From Chrysomallon squamiferum (lineage: Eukaryota > Animalia > Mollusca): DNA of 64,000 bases. A program made the position numbers and the translations under genes. Below, one piece after another: positions 28,140 to 44,091 of this stretch (position 1 is the stretch's first letter; each line of letters opens with the position of its first letter). Below the pieces are notes generated by a model. It saw only the letters and a program-made list of their open reading frames with translations. It searched no databases and had not been told where the DNA came from. The stretch lies in assembly GCA_012295275.1 (NCBI GenBank), contig CM022667.1, forward strand, positions 8,246,001-8,310,000. Direction: 5' to 3'.

Positions 28140-30843
28140 TGTTGTTGTTGTAGTAGTAGCAGCAGCAGCAACAGTAGTAGTTGTATTATCTCTTTCAATC
28201 TTTATTTAATAATTATGATGATGATGATAATGATGATGCTGCTGATGATAAAAATAATAATTAAAAATTTATATACATGATGACGTCACAGTAGTTGTAA
28301 ATACGTCAACATCTTCGCGTATTTTTTATATTATTATCATACTTTATTATCTGCAAAGATTCTTGATCAGTAACTAATAAATTAATTACTTTGAAACTAA
28401 TTTAGGTTATTTGTTCCTACCGCTAGAGAAAGAGTTTATTAAATCAAAAATTATGCGTAAAACATAAACAGTTAATATTTGTAGTGAAAAATAACAAACA
28501 CAATAAATCTTCTTCATTTCATTCTTAGTTGTTTCTGAGTTTTATTTATTTCAACACCACATTTTTACTCAGTCCACTCATATCCTTATTTGTCACTTTT
28601 TTTGTTTTTTGTTATTGTTGTCATTGACGTTGTCGTTGACGTTGTCGTTGTTGATTATAAATAAAATCAATTTAATTTGAGAAGACCGACCCCTAAGACG
28701 GCGCTCCTTTTTATTAGATCCTTGATCCGTCATTCCTAAACATTTTATATAAATAAACGAAACAAAATAAAATAAAATAAAAATAGTTTTTTCTTTCTTT
28801 GTTCTTTTTTCTTTCTTTTTTTTATTTTCAAATGTATTTATTTATTTATTTATTTATTTACTTTACTTTTTAATTTATTTTAATTTTATTTTAATTTTTT
28901 TTTTGGAGGGGGGGTATAATGTAATTTGGTGACTTCTAGATAATTAAACAATTATTTTTATTTCCATAAATGTACAAACGACACTCCACATAGGAAGAAA
29001 ACAACATTTATAACTTACATTCTGTTTAAAAATAGTCGTTTTTTTTTTTCCCCAAAAAAATCTTTGCTGTTACATAATTAATCAACATTCAGCCATTATT
29101 CAAATTATGATTTTTAACTTTGTACGTTGTTGTCTCGTACTTCGCTCATTTTTGCCAGCAATAACAAGAACTTCTAACAAACCACATTTTCACATTCACT
29201 GCTACATGATCGCGTATTTTGAACAACTGCAGATAAAATGAACATATCGCACAATTGGAGAGACAAAGAGACAGATGAACAGAGACAAATAGAGACAGAA
29301 AAGAGAAATAGAGAGAAGAGAGATAGACAATAATAATAAAAAAAACACACAGAGAGAGAGAAAGGATAAGGAAAGAGATTAAAAGAAAGAAGAGAAGAGA
29401 GTTAGAGAGAAAGAGAAGGAATTACGGAAAGATAGAAAGAAAGAGAGGAGAAAAGCCAAAAGAAGAAAAACAAAATATAGAGAATAGTAATAATAAATTA
29501 AATAAATTAATTAATAAATTAAATAAATTAATTAATAATTTAATTAATGATAACAACAACAACAATAACACACACACACACATATATATAAAACAAATAT
29601 TATGCAACTGTATATCAGTTCACCAATATAATATACTTGGAAGTATAACACATCTGTCCTGCATACGATGTCACATTTTAAACGTAGTTACACTGCAACA
29701 CTGAAACTAAGCAGTAAAACTTCAACGTGGAAAGTCACTGTATTACAAATCGCGGTTATACTGCTCCGCTGGTGACATTATTTACAACACACATCACTCG
29801 GATCAGTCTAAAAAGGGGTGAACCTGACTGAACAGTTTCTTTTTCACTCTACCCAGAACTGGCGCCGCTGAAAAGAAAATCCTGGTTGTGCCACTCCCAC
29901 GTAAACTATTGTTTTCCCGTTACAGACAATGCTCCTTATTAAATTGAATGGTATGGATTATCTGTCTTTGAAAACAAATATCGTTAACAGTTAAGTGGGA
30001 AATAGACTGCTTCTACTACAACTACAACTGCTACTGCTGCTACTACTACTACAATAATTCTAATAATAATAATATTGTTGTAGTTGCAGTAATAAGATCG
30101 TAATAATAAGTCAATTAAAAGTGTTTGAATAAAAAGTCTAATAAAGTTATTTTTATTTCCTAATTGTTATTTTATTTTGTTTGTTATTTTTTATTTTTTT
30201 TTTTATTTGTTATTTTATTTATTTATTTTTATTGTTATTTTATTTTTTATTTTTAGTATGACATGATAGCAATTACAATAAATCATGACAATAAAACATG
30301 ATTGTTAAAACCCTTTATAGACGCTATTTCGTCTCTTCATGGTGGAGTTGTGACGTCAGCAAGTTCATAGCTGATTAAAATAAAATAAATTTATGACCAC
30401 AGTATAGTAATCTTAGGAGCAAATCCATCTGCATGCAATGACGTCACAACTATCGAAACAAATATCGGCGCCTTGATTATAAATTGTATGAACATGAACA
30501 TTTTTTTCTTCTTTTTTTTCATACACAACGATTTAATAGTCAGTTTAACAAAGCAACAATATCTTGAAGGTGTGAACAACAGATTCAGTCTACTAGTTCA
30601 TAAAAGAACATTCACGTTTACTAGAACTCATTACTTACGTATATGAAATGTACCAATATCTAGACTTACCAGAAATTATTTGAAATACATTTAAAATGTA
30701 TTTAAACTAATGTTGTTCAAATCAGTAAATATATATATAAAATAACCCTATCAATCAAAAGGTTTAAAAGAAATTTCGGGGGGCGTTACATTTACAGGTA
30801 TAGATTAACAGTATATTATCTTACCTGTATAAAAGAAAAATAA

Positions 30844-30877
<34 letters not shown>

Positions 30878-31905
30878 TGGGTCTACGTGTTAATCAGTCA
30901 GCGTACTTTTACTTGTGGGTCGTTTTAACTTTTCAGATTACTGCGTGGATGACTCATACTGGTGCACTCTGGGTAAAAATATTTTAATAACGAAGGCAAG
31001 AAATTTTAGATCCTCACATGCAATAAATATGTTAATTTAATTTAGAAAATTTAAACAGTTAATGAGAAAAACACGAGTTTGATATATAAATCTACCCCTC
31101 GATGTTAAAATACACGTAACAGGCAGATCGAGGTGATAAAACTTTATTTATATAGAAAATTAATTTATTAACTGATTTACTCTTTGCGCGTGCAAAAATA
31201 AGTATTAAACTAAAGATTTAAAAACAGAAAAATTATATAAGCGAAATAAAATTATATAAACAAACAAACAAATAAATAAATAAATAAATAAGAGTAATAA
31301 TAAAAAGAATCATATTAAGACAGATATATATTTTTTTATTTTAGAAAAAAAATGAAAAAAAAAAAAAGGAAGAGAAATGTTTTGAAAAGTCTGTCCGATA
31401 TTTCGCAATTTTAATCCCCTACGTCAGCAACTCTTTTATTTTTGCCTTTTCATTTCAACCGGACTTTTGAAAAATTGACATTCTAAGCAGACAGAAGTAA
31501 CAACTTTGAAATCTGACAAAGATATTTTATTAAAATGCAGCATTATGATCACTCTTTGAGATATAAATTTGGTAAAAAGCTCGTGTTCATTATAATAAGA
31601 AATAATTTTAACCCAATGATCACTGTCCACGAATAATACCGTTAAGACATAGTGACAGAAATTGCGACATCAAATGTCCATCTCGGCGGATATCCTTGAT
31701 TTTGTTACATTGAGTATTTGTAGAAAAAGCACGATTTTGTTTTTGATACGAGGGGGTAAGTTTGGTTACATTAACTGACAAATTCGTCTCAGAAACCAGT
31801 GTGTGTGTAAGATTTTAATTCTAATACATTTTATAATTTAACTTTTGTTTTATATCATTTTTAATAATTATTATTATTATAATTTTTATTACCATTATCA
31901 TCATC

Positions 31906-31941
<36 letters not shown>

Positions 31942-33935
31942 TATTATTATTATTATTATAATTATTATTATTATTATTTTATTAATTATGTTATATAATA
32001 TTATATCACATAATTATATGTTATGTTATGTTATGTTAAGTTGACTTTGAGTCACTGTGGTGTTATTTATTAATTGACTAACATAGATTTTAAACGCTGT
32101 TACTCATAAATACAAATTTAAAAATAATGACTTTCGGTAATGGAGTATTGAAATTATTCGTGGATTACAGAATTTCTATTAAACAAGGATATACCTAAAA
32201 TTCAAATTAAGTAAGTTCTTTTTTTTTTTTTCAAATCCTATTTTCCCACAATCTTTATTCTTATTTATTTATTTTTCTTTCTATCCTTTTCCCTTTATTC
32301 AATGTTGTTATTTTCTTTTTTTTTTCCTTATTTTTCTTCATTATTATTTTGTTTATACTGAAATTAATTATATGTTATATACCATTTGTGTCTTTCTTTC
32401 TTTCTTTTTTCTTACATGAACGTTTTTCATTTTTGTTTTTCTTTATTCAATTTTTTTTTTTTTTTTCTTTCGTTCAGTTAGAAATATTAATTATTTTAGA
32501 TAAAAATTCGTTCCTTTATTTTTATTTTTATTATCTTTATCCCTCGTCTCTTTATCAATTTCCCCCATTATTTCGTTTCTTTTATTTGTTTCTTATATCT
32601 ATGAAAATTAATTGTACAAATTAATTATTTTTCTGTTTCAAATTAACCCAAATAAAGACTAATCAAATTATACATTTCTGCTTCATCTTCCTTAGAATAC
32701 CTCTTTGAATTTAAATTATTATAAAGTATCTTTAAAACTGAGTTTTGAGTAACATTATTATTTATAGACATTTCAAAAAAATGTGCAGTGGTACTATGTA
32801 AAATATATTAATGTAGATAATAGATAAACAAACAAACAAACAAACAATTATACAGTCTAAAAATAAAAAATGGCCAAAAAATAAATAGATAGACAGACAG
32901 AGAGATAGATACACAGGTACATAGATAAGTAAATAATTGAAAAAAAATAATAATGGTGGTAGTAGTAGCAGCAGCAGAAGTAGTAGTTGCTGTGGTAATA
33001 ATAATATAAAAAAATTAAATTATTATTTTAAAGTTTTTTCATATATATGTGCTTGAAATCAAATAAGATTTTCACAAATTAGATTGGTTAAATAATTTAT
33101 ACAGTTTTTTTTTATTCCTTAAAATCAGATAACGTAATGTGTAATAATTAATATGAGTGCATTAAGATCAGTTTATTTATTTATTTTTCTTAGAATTGAA
33201 CAACAGATTGGATGTCATACTCAACTAACCCGGATGTATAACAAGGATGTATGTAAAAGTACATTCTAAGAATATTTAGCTCGAAGTGGAAGAATCAAGG
33301 TACTTTTCAAAGCGGATGCAGCCGCACCTATTGTATTGCAAATCTAAAAAAAAAAGATTAAAAAAAAAATAATAATAATAAAAATAAAATAATAATTACC
33401 GTGACTCAAAAATTGCCGATTGATCATTAGTATAAACAAAATGTTAACAATGTTCATTTGTGCCTATTGTGGATAAAACAGGGGAAATTTGTACAAAGCA
33501 AGAAGAATTTAATATCTTATTCACTGCGTCACCCGGGAATTTGAACAATTTCACTTTTCGAGCTTTCGGACAAAACTTTGACAGAAAACTGTGGACGTTG
33601 TTATTAAAGTTAGAACATCTTGAGATCAAATGAGAGAAATAACTAAAACTGAATTTATAAGTTAAATTAAATCATTTCACCTAGAGAACATTATAATAAT
33701 GATGTTAATAATAATAATAATAATAATAATAAATTAAAAAAAACGAAATTAAGATAAAATAAACTAAAACAATATATATATATATATTATTTTTTTTTCC
33801 CCGTCAAGTTTTGTGTTCGATATATATATATATATCGAACAGAAAAGAAGATGAAAAAATACTACTAATAAAATAAAATGAAATGAAATGAAATAAAATA
33901 ATTAATTAATAAATTAAAAAAGTAATATAGCAATC

Positions 33936-33988
<53 letters not shown>

Positions 33989-34736
33989 TGTAATAATTGT
34001 AATAATTATAATAATAATAATTGTAATAATTGTAATAATTATAATAGTAATAATAAATAAAACACAATAAATATAATTAATTATATTTTAAATAGAAAAT
34101 AATTTATATGAATAATTTTAAAGTTAAAAATAATTATGAAAAAAAAAAAAACCTAAAAAAAAACCCAACTAAATAAATTAAAATAATTGATTATCTATAT
34201 ATCTGTCTGTCTATCTAAGGAAAACAAAAATGAAAAATAAATAAATAATAATATAATTAGCCATATTTTATAAGATATTTTATTATATATATATTTCGAT
34301 ATTTGTTTAGTTTAAAAATATTATAATGTATTTTCATACTAAAAATAATTATACACATCCGTATACTGGGAAAAAAATATTTCGCAATAAGATCGGACAA
34401 CTAAGTACCCACCCGTTTACTGAAAAAAAAAGAAAAGAAAAAAGATAATGTTGCTTACAGGTACATTTCGCAATCTGTACCATGTGAACATTAGTCATTT
34501 TAAATGTATTTAAAAGTTTAGTACAAACTAATCCATCAGTCATTCCATTATAATTCACCTGCAATCAGATGTTGAAAATGTTGTGTAAATATTTGAAGTT
34601 CCGAAAATTATGATGAAATGGCTTTAAACTAAAAAGTTGGAAAAGACAAGTAATAATTATATTAATATAAAGTAATAATAATAATAATAATAATAAATAA
34701 TAATATTAATAATTATATTAATATATAATAATAATC

Positions 34737-34773
<37 letters not shown>

Positions 34774-35280
34774 AGATCATGATTTTTTTTTTTTAATCCG
34801 TTTATTTAATTTTCTTTCGGTCGTTCAGTTAGAATTATTAAATATTTTAAATCAAACTTCATTACTGTGTTTTTATTAGTATTGTAATTTTTCAATATTT
34901 ATGAAAATAAATAAAAAATAAATAAATAAATAAATAAATAAATAGTATAAATAAATTATCTTTCAAACAGAAAATAATTTACTTGAAAAGTAATGGAGTC
35001 TGAAAATAAAACTTTTTAAACTTTAAAAGAGTTCGAAGCTCGGCGCACACATTTCGCAATAATGGCGACTACACGTCCATTTCGCAATTTTGATGAGTAG
35101 TTTATTAGTCATAGCATGTTCATATAAACTGATAACAATAACTCTGAATCATCCCTGACAGTTTAGAATAGACTGAAATCAAATTAACAGGACAATAAAT
35201 ACATGAAACTACAAATAAAGTAAGAAAGACATCAGAAAAATTCTGACCCAAACGAAATGACAATAAATATATGAAAATAA

Positions 35281-35394
35281 AAACTGAATTCGCCGCAAGA
35301 ATGAAAATCTAATGGTAATAATATTAACTTAATATATATTAAGTTACTATTATTATCTTTAGATTTTCATTCTTGTAACAAATTAAATTTTTAT

Positions 35395-35426
<32 letters not shown>

Positions 35427-35516
35427 TACTATATTATACTAGATATAAATGTATGAAATATTAGATATAAATGAGCATGAATATATATATATATTTCCGC
35501 CCTCATTTATATCTAG

Positions 35517-35563
<47 letters not shown>

Positions 35564-35632
35564 AAATTTAATTTGTTACAAGAATGAAAATATATATATA
35601 TATTTCATACGTGAGGCTTTAAATTCAGTTTA
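35281..35632. repeat. Nested AT-rich palindromes (foldback structure)
   Basis: 80-bp near-perfect palindrome at 35296-35375; a second inverted repeat spans 35363-35590. Confidence 0.8.
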
Positions 35633-36222
35633 AAAAGTATTTTTTCATTATTTAACACATATTTGATAAATACTGAATAAAGAATATAATTATATGTCTA
35701 TTTATATTTATAGCAAATAATTAATTGAGACATTATTAGACATTAAATATATTTTGTTTAAGACTAAAAAAAAAAAAAAAAATAAAAAACATAAATCAAT
35801 GAACAAATGAAAATAACCAAAACTGAAATTTAAACTGTACTTGATTTAAATTTCTATTTAAAAACACAAACCATTCTTAAAAGATAGATAAAACATGCTA
35901 TCATAACAAGTTCTTTTCGACTCATAAAAAAATAACAAAATTAAAATTAAAAATAAATACTTTTATAAATTCGCTTAAACAGTTAACAACATTAAGATTA
36001 TTTTTTATTTTCTTCGTATTTTTCACCAAAAAAAAAAAAAAAAATCGTCATCGAAAGGAAAAGGACATTTAAGCAATCCTCTATAATAATAACAAAAATA
36101 AAATTAATAAATAATTAAATAATCAAAATATAATAAATTAATAAATAAATTAATTAATAACAACCGAGAATTACTGCAGCAGCAACAACACAAACAACAA
36201 CATCAACAACAATAATAACAAC

Positions 36223-36262
<40 letters not shown>

Positions 36263-36766
36263 GTAATTTTAAAGGAAAACTGTTATTCGAAAACTGAGAA
36301 AATCTGTAAAAAAAAGCGTCAAACTGAAATGTCAGAACATCTGACAGTCATCATACAGTGATGAGCAAATCTGAGCTTTGAATGAAAATCTATTACAAAT
36401 CATATCCCGTGTATCTGAGTTTGGAGAATTAACTAGTTTGACTAAAATTTAACAATTCAAATAAAATAGGATTATTTCTTATTGTTTTTATTTATTATTT
36501 ATTTATTCTCTCTTTCTCTCTCTCTGAATATGAATATATATTATCAATTACTTCTGCTACTATTATTACTAAAACCACTACTACTACTGTTGCTATTACT
36601 ACTACTACTACTACTACTATTAATAATAATAATAGTGGTTGCATAGTAATAGTAGTAATAGTAACAGTAATAGTAGTAGTAGCAGTAGCAATACTAATAG
36701 TAATATTAGAAATAGTAGCAGTAATAAGAAAATAAGAAATAAACATAAAAATTGTTATTTAAAGTA

Positions 36767-36830
<64 letters not shown>

Positions 36831-36837
36831 TTTATTA

Positions 36838-36927
<90 letters not shown>

Positions 36928-38292
36928 TTTATTATTATTATTATTATTTTGTTTTTTGTTAAACAAATCTGTTTTAACATGTTCTTGAAATCAAATAAGA
37001 GTTTTGCAATTTAGATCGACCATGATTCAAAAACAAATTTGTGTAATAACTGGCCACAGTAATTTATAAAATGAATATGTAATATATAATATGATAAATT
37101 ACCATCACTACCATCACTGTTATCATCCTAACAATCAAAGCAGATGGTATAATAATTGGCAACAGGAAATATAAAATTAATATATGATGCATAATAATAT
37201 AGTAATATAGTACTATCACTACCACGATTATTACTACTACTACCATCATCACAACCACTTCTACTACCACCACCACCACTACTACTGCTATTACTTCTAC
37301 TGCATAATAATAATAATAATAAAAAATAATAATAATAATAATAATAATAATTAGAAATAGAAACAGTAGTAATAGTAATAATAGTAGTAGCAGTAGCAGT
37401 AGTAGTAATGGTAGGAGTTTAGTTATTGTATTAGTAGTAATAATAATAAATTAATAATAAAAGTGACGTTACCTGTCTGTTAATGTTAGTTCTTTGTGAT
37501 TTGATTGTCATGACGTCATTGTATTATTGAATAGAGACACCTAATTTGTAACTAGGAATGAAGAATAATTCTTGGCGACATTTCAGTTTTCCTTTAAATG
37601 AATTATTTTTGGTAGATACGGATATATAAGCATACATTATCTGTTGAAATAAATATACGAATAAATAAATTACGCTTTTGTAAAGATAATACAGTGACGT
37701 AAAGATAATACAGTGACGTCATAACAAACAGATAAACCGTTTTTAATGTGACTTGTTTACGTCAAGCTAAAAGAGGTAAGATTGTTTTTCATTAATTTAT
37801 TTTTCTATTACAAATTACTAAAACATTTTTCTTCTTAATTCTTTTCCATGTTTACTAATTTCTAATTTCTAAACTTTTATTATTTTATTCTATGTTATTT
37901 TTTATTTTTTTTTTATACACGTGTGCATGTATATTATTATTTCAGTAAATAGTCCATCTTGATATAGTTTGTTCCATAACCTTCAGTTTTCTTTTCTTTC
38001 TTTCTTTATCAATATTATTAATTATTATTTGCCAAATTTTTTAGAGTATATTTTAATTTTTTAAACTATTTTGGCTTTTTTCTTAATTTTGTTTATTTAT
38101 TTTTGCTTATATAATAATTTATTATATATTTCTTTAAATTCCATTTAACTTTAGTTAATTTAATTTAATTTCATTCAGTGACACCATTTTAATAAAATTT
38201 AGCTTAAACGAATAATTTAGTTTTTATTTACTTTGTTATCAAGTCATCATCATCATTGTTGTTGTTGTTGTTGTTTTTAGTGTTACTGTTGC

Positions 38293-38323
<31 letters not shown>

Positions 38324-39335
38324 GTTATTATTATTATTATTATTATTGTCATTATTATTATTATTATTATTATTGTTATTACTGTTGTATTATTGCTGCC
38401 GTTGTTATCCATTATTATTGCTGTTGTTGGCGTTGTTTTGTTGTTGTTACTGTTGCAGTACCATCATCATCATCATCAATATTATTATCAACATCGTCGT
38501 AAATGTCATCACTTGCCACACTGGACGAGTTAGCATTAAGATTATAACTCTTAATCAGCAACGTTTTTAATATATCATGATGTTAGTCATATTGTTAGAA
38601 AGCAGATTTTAGTCTTTCATTAACAGTTAATCAGTCTATCACACAGCTGTCTCTGAATACAACAATAGTGTTAGTTAAACAATACACTATATTCATTAAT
38701 ACTATATAATAATAACTATTATTTATTTCAAACTTTCGTTCCACAAAGGCAGATAACAGAGATATGTTCTAAACGTCAAAATGAATGAATGAATGAGTGA
38801 GTGAGTGAGTGAATGAATGAATGAATGAATGAATGAATGAATAATTAAACAAACAAACAAGAAAATTTAACAGACTGATTTAGGATTCTTAATTACGCTG
38901 TGGCGGGAATAAATTTAAAAATTCGGTTTCGAATCTGTATAAAAAAAACTTTATCAACAAAACTGTCTCAAGTACGATAATAATTAAAAAAATAATGGAC
39001 CATTACAAACAGTCTCCAACCAGCCCCTTTATTATCACTAATTCCTCAGTCTCATCTGTAAGTGGACTATCAGATTTATCTGTCATGCTGTTTTCTGGAG
39101 CAAAAGCTCGCTGTATCAAAGTGTAAAATCTCGGCGTGACCCAGTTACCTGCGCGGTATCCACGGTGACCTGGATATCGCATGTAGACTGATGTTTTATC
39201 GCTGTTACGCGATACGTCTGATACACCTCGCATTACACGCTGAAATCCATAGCGTGACAGGCACACAAAATAAAATACAACACGAGCCAATTTAAACCGG
39301 GTTTTTGATTTTTTCTTGTTGTGGCTGTTGTTGAT

Positions 39336-39366
<31 letters not shown>

Positions 39367-39404
39367 TTATTATTATTATTATTTTATTATTTTTATTGTT
39401 GTTG

Positions 39405-39472
<68 letters not shown>

Positions 39473-39923
39473 GTCATTATTATTGTTCTTGGTATTATTA
39501 TTATTGTTGTAGTTGTTACTGATGTTATTATTATTATTGTTGATGTTATTATTATGTTGTTGTTGTTATGATTATTATTGTTGTTGCTGCTGTTGCTGTT
39601 ATGTTTTTGTTGTTGTTGGTGGTGTTGTTATTTATTTATTCTGTTACATGTAAAATAAGTATCAGTGTACAAAAACAGGGCAGAGACAGATATGATAAAT
39701 GTTTAGAAGAATCTTTTCTAGAACACAAGTACAACAAGAGGTTGCGATTACATTTACTAAGAACACGAAAATAATTACAATTAATTAGTTGTTTTTATTT
39801 TTTGAAACAATAGAACAAAGACGTTACTTCAAGTATTTCATATTTTTATTGAATTTATTTAGAATAAAAATAACAAGATATTAATTTTATCTATTAAATT
39901 TTCTATATGTACTGTTATATGTG

Positions 39924-39959
<36 letters not shown>

Positions 39960-40864
39960 AAGTATATATGCGTGTATATATATGTGTATGTGCATATACA
40001 GTTATGTGCGGATGTATTTATGTACTGTGTTGCATGTATGAATGTATTGTATGAATATGTTTTATTATGTATGAATTTACGTAAGTATTTATGTCTGTAT
40101 GCATGTATGTATGTATGTATGTGTGTATCATTCTAATTCTGAGACACACCTATAAATACATACACATTCCAAATCTCACAGAGAAAAAAGTATTTCTTAG
40201 TTTCAAATACAGCGTTTATAAAGTACTGAATCTAAAACTGTGCTCAATATCTATAAATAAGCCGACTCAAGTATTCAGTAAATCACTGAAAGATTTATAA
40301 TCTTATTATTTTTATTATTTTCGATTTGATAATAAGTCAAAAAGAAACGCATTAATGGTTTTATAAACATATTGACCTACTTTCATGCCTTGTAGAGAGG
40401 CTAGCAATAATCAGGCCGATGTCAGGCCTACTTTTTTTCTTTCTTTTTTATCTACGCCTCTTTCACGTTAATAATAATAATAGAGAGAGAAGGATTTATA
40501 TATTTCTTTACTTCTCAGTATTCCTTTTAGAGCCTTTGTGAGAAAGAATATAATACGTCTTCTATCTCTAATTAAAAAAGGATTTTTTTTTTTTTTTTTT
40601 TTAAATATTCCTAAAAATAAAGATATTTTTTCACACATATGTGCATGCATACACACATCCACACACACACATACATACACACACACATATATACATACAT
40701 ACATTCAAACATTCATAATCTACTCAAATACACACACATACACATGCATCCACACACACACACATACACATGCATCCACACACACATACATTCATACATG
40801 CATTGACACCTGTATGCATGTTGATATACATTCGTACTCACATAAATACATATCTATAAAGGCA

Positions 40865-40916
<52 letters not shown>

Positions 40917-42230
40917 CGATCACACACACACACACAAACCAATCAACACGAACAACACGAAGATAAATTACATTTAATAAGAAAACAACAACAACCGATT
41001 AAGCCTATTCACATCTATTTAGAAGTCCACGTACAGAATCACCAGGCAATTAGCTAATCTTCTTGTGCATATCTTGACATCTTTTCAAACGTAATTTTAA
41101 ACAAGAATTGACAATTAATATTTAGCAGCAGACGTGTTCTTGCTGACCTTCGGCATGGAAGTAATTAATCTTGTTTTTACATTCCGTCTTTGTGTGTGGC
41201 GCACCTATATAAACTTTGAACCCTTCGAGTTGATTTGCCTATCAGTCTGCTCAAGAACAAAATCACAGATACGGAAAAGATAGAAAGAAAATAGAGATAG
41301 AAATAGAAATATAAAGCGCTCCCTAGCACGATAAGATAAAATTAGGAAAAGAAAATGTGTTTGAATTTTAAACTGTTCACGCTAAAAGTTTACATATGCA
41401 ACTGTTAAAATAAAGCTACTGTGACTGTACAGAAACAGACGAACACTGATTATATAAGTAAAAAATACAGTTAGAACAATACATCAAAATGAACTTAAAA
41501 TTAAACTCCGTTTAGCATCTTCTGTCATTTATCAAATATTCCCTAAAACTGTCGTTAATATTACAATGTTATAATCATCGTCGTCGTCGTTGTTGCCGTT
41601 ATTGCTACCATCATCATCATCTTCATTATTACTAATATATATTACTGTTATTGTTTTGTTGTTGTTGTTTTTGTTTGTTGTTATTATTGTTCTTGTTACT
41701 ATTATTTTTGTTCTTACTGTTGTTATTATTATTGCTGTTGTTGTTACTACAACTATTACTTCTACTGCTACTACCACTACTACTACTACTACTATAACTA
41801 CTACTACTACTACTACTATTATTATTATTATATTTATATTTTTATTATTATTATTATTATTATTATTTTCGTTAGTGCAAGCAGTCACGTGCAATTCTTC
41901 CTGAACGAGAAATAAAGTGAGTAGTACATTCATGGTCAACCAGTGTTTTTACCTCTTCTTCTTCTTCTGTAAAATAAAATTCATTTCATCTTGAAATTTT
42001 TATCCTTCTCAGGAGTGATATTTCCTCTGGTGACATCTTGGTCCCGCCCCCGCTATCTTGTGATAAATATTGCTGCTATTTGTGGCGCAAGAAAATAATA
42101 TTTAACATAAAGAGATAATATTAACTTCTCCTCTTTCTAAAAACAGCTATCATCAACAGCAGTAGTAAACTTATAAATTACACCTCGTATATACTTACCT
42201 TTATATAGCACTCGTCTTGATTTGGCATAT

Positions 42231-42338
<108 letters not shown>

Positions 42339-42366
42339 CTCTCTCTCTCTCTCTCTGTATGTTATA

Positions 42367-42530
42367 TGTGTGTGTGACTGTTTTCAGTTCAGTCTTTAAT
42401 TCACGACTGAAAAACCAGAATCAGTACTACAGTTATTATTAAGATTAGAAATAGTATTCTTTTGATTCCCATCGAAGAAGAAGTCCATAATCTATTTAAT
42501 GTAAAATTGTAATGACAACTCGATGAAATT
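42367..42530 (+). repeat. Dispersed repeat, copy 1 (inverted partner at 50120-50284)
   Basis: TTCAGTCTTTAATTCACGA...TTATTATTAAGATTAGAAATAGTATTCTTTTGATTCCCATCGAAGAAGAAG matches the reverse complement of 50163-50260. Confidence 0.85.
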
Positions 42531-43579
42531 AATATTCAAAAGAAAAAAGAAAGAAAAAGAAAAGATAGAAAGAATGAAAAGAAAAAAAAAAAATAATATT
42601 ATAAATCTGTCAACCCACCATTTCCTTTAAGTCATCACAACTCTTGTGAAAAGCAACATGGCGATTTAAAAGCTTTTCAAACAATATTAGATTTTTATTA
42701 TTATTGTTATGACGATAGATCGCTGAAAGCAATAATAATAATAATAATAATAATTAATAAATAAATAAATAAATAAATAAATAAATATATATATATATTA
42801 ACTATAAAAACTTTGGTTAAAATTAAAACAATAAAATTAGCATCAACAACAACAACAACAACAACAGAAACAATAATAATAGCAATAATACTGACACTAA
42901 TACTACTAATAATAATACTGCTATTATTATTATCATTATTTGTATTAGTAGTAGCAGCAGCAGTATCACTGTTAAGATGTCTGACGACAGAAACATCATT
43001 CACAATATAAATAAATGATTACAAACACATACTCGCAAATTAATATTTTACATCTCTATTGTTTTTACTATATTTAGATTGTCTATAAACCATGAACAAA
43101 CACATTAACGTACATTCACGTGACATCTGGTGACGAAGGCAAATTACAAATGTACAGAGCGAACAACCAGGTATATATATATATATATAAACAAATGGAA
43201 AACAAACATGTTACAATAAAAAATAAAAATAAGATATCGATGTTGATGTAACAAAATGTATTTGAAAGGACAAATGTTACAGTTTAACACTGTAAATATT
43301 TTTAGGAATAAATTGAATTATTCAGCTTAATTTAGCAGAGGGACCGGAATTGCATATATATTGATCAAAGTTTATTTATTTATTTATTTATTTACTGATT
43401 TATTCATGCATTCATTCATTTCTGTTTTACAGACTGTTCTACTGATCTGATTTGAAACCTGGCTCGAATATTACGGCTTAAGTTGAGTAATTCAAGATAA
43501 CAAATTAATATTCGTGTTAGACTTACTTTAATTTTAATTACTTTTTAAAGTCATCGTATTCTATATGGACTTCGAATAT

Positions 43580-43704
<125 letters not shown>

Positions 43705-44056
43705 GCTTTACATTATTTGGAAAAACAGTATCATAAAATGTATTTTATTTTTGTTTGCTAATGACATTATCTAATAATTCCATTCCAATATTAAATGAAA
43801 ATTAGCTTTTCAATAAGTCATGTGTTTAAAATGGCTGATAATGGAACTAACAGTAACAGAATAATGAGTGCATATTTAAACTCTTACAGATAGATGAAGA
43901 TAGAAAAATATAGAAACATCTAAAAGAAAATGAAGAAGAAAAGAAGAAAATAAAAATAATAATAATAATAAAAAGACGGAGAAGCAGAAGAGAAAGAAAA
44001 AGAAAGACAAAGAAAAGAAGAAAACAGAAACGCATTGCAACAATAAATAACAAAAA

Positions 44057-44091
<35 letters not shown>

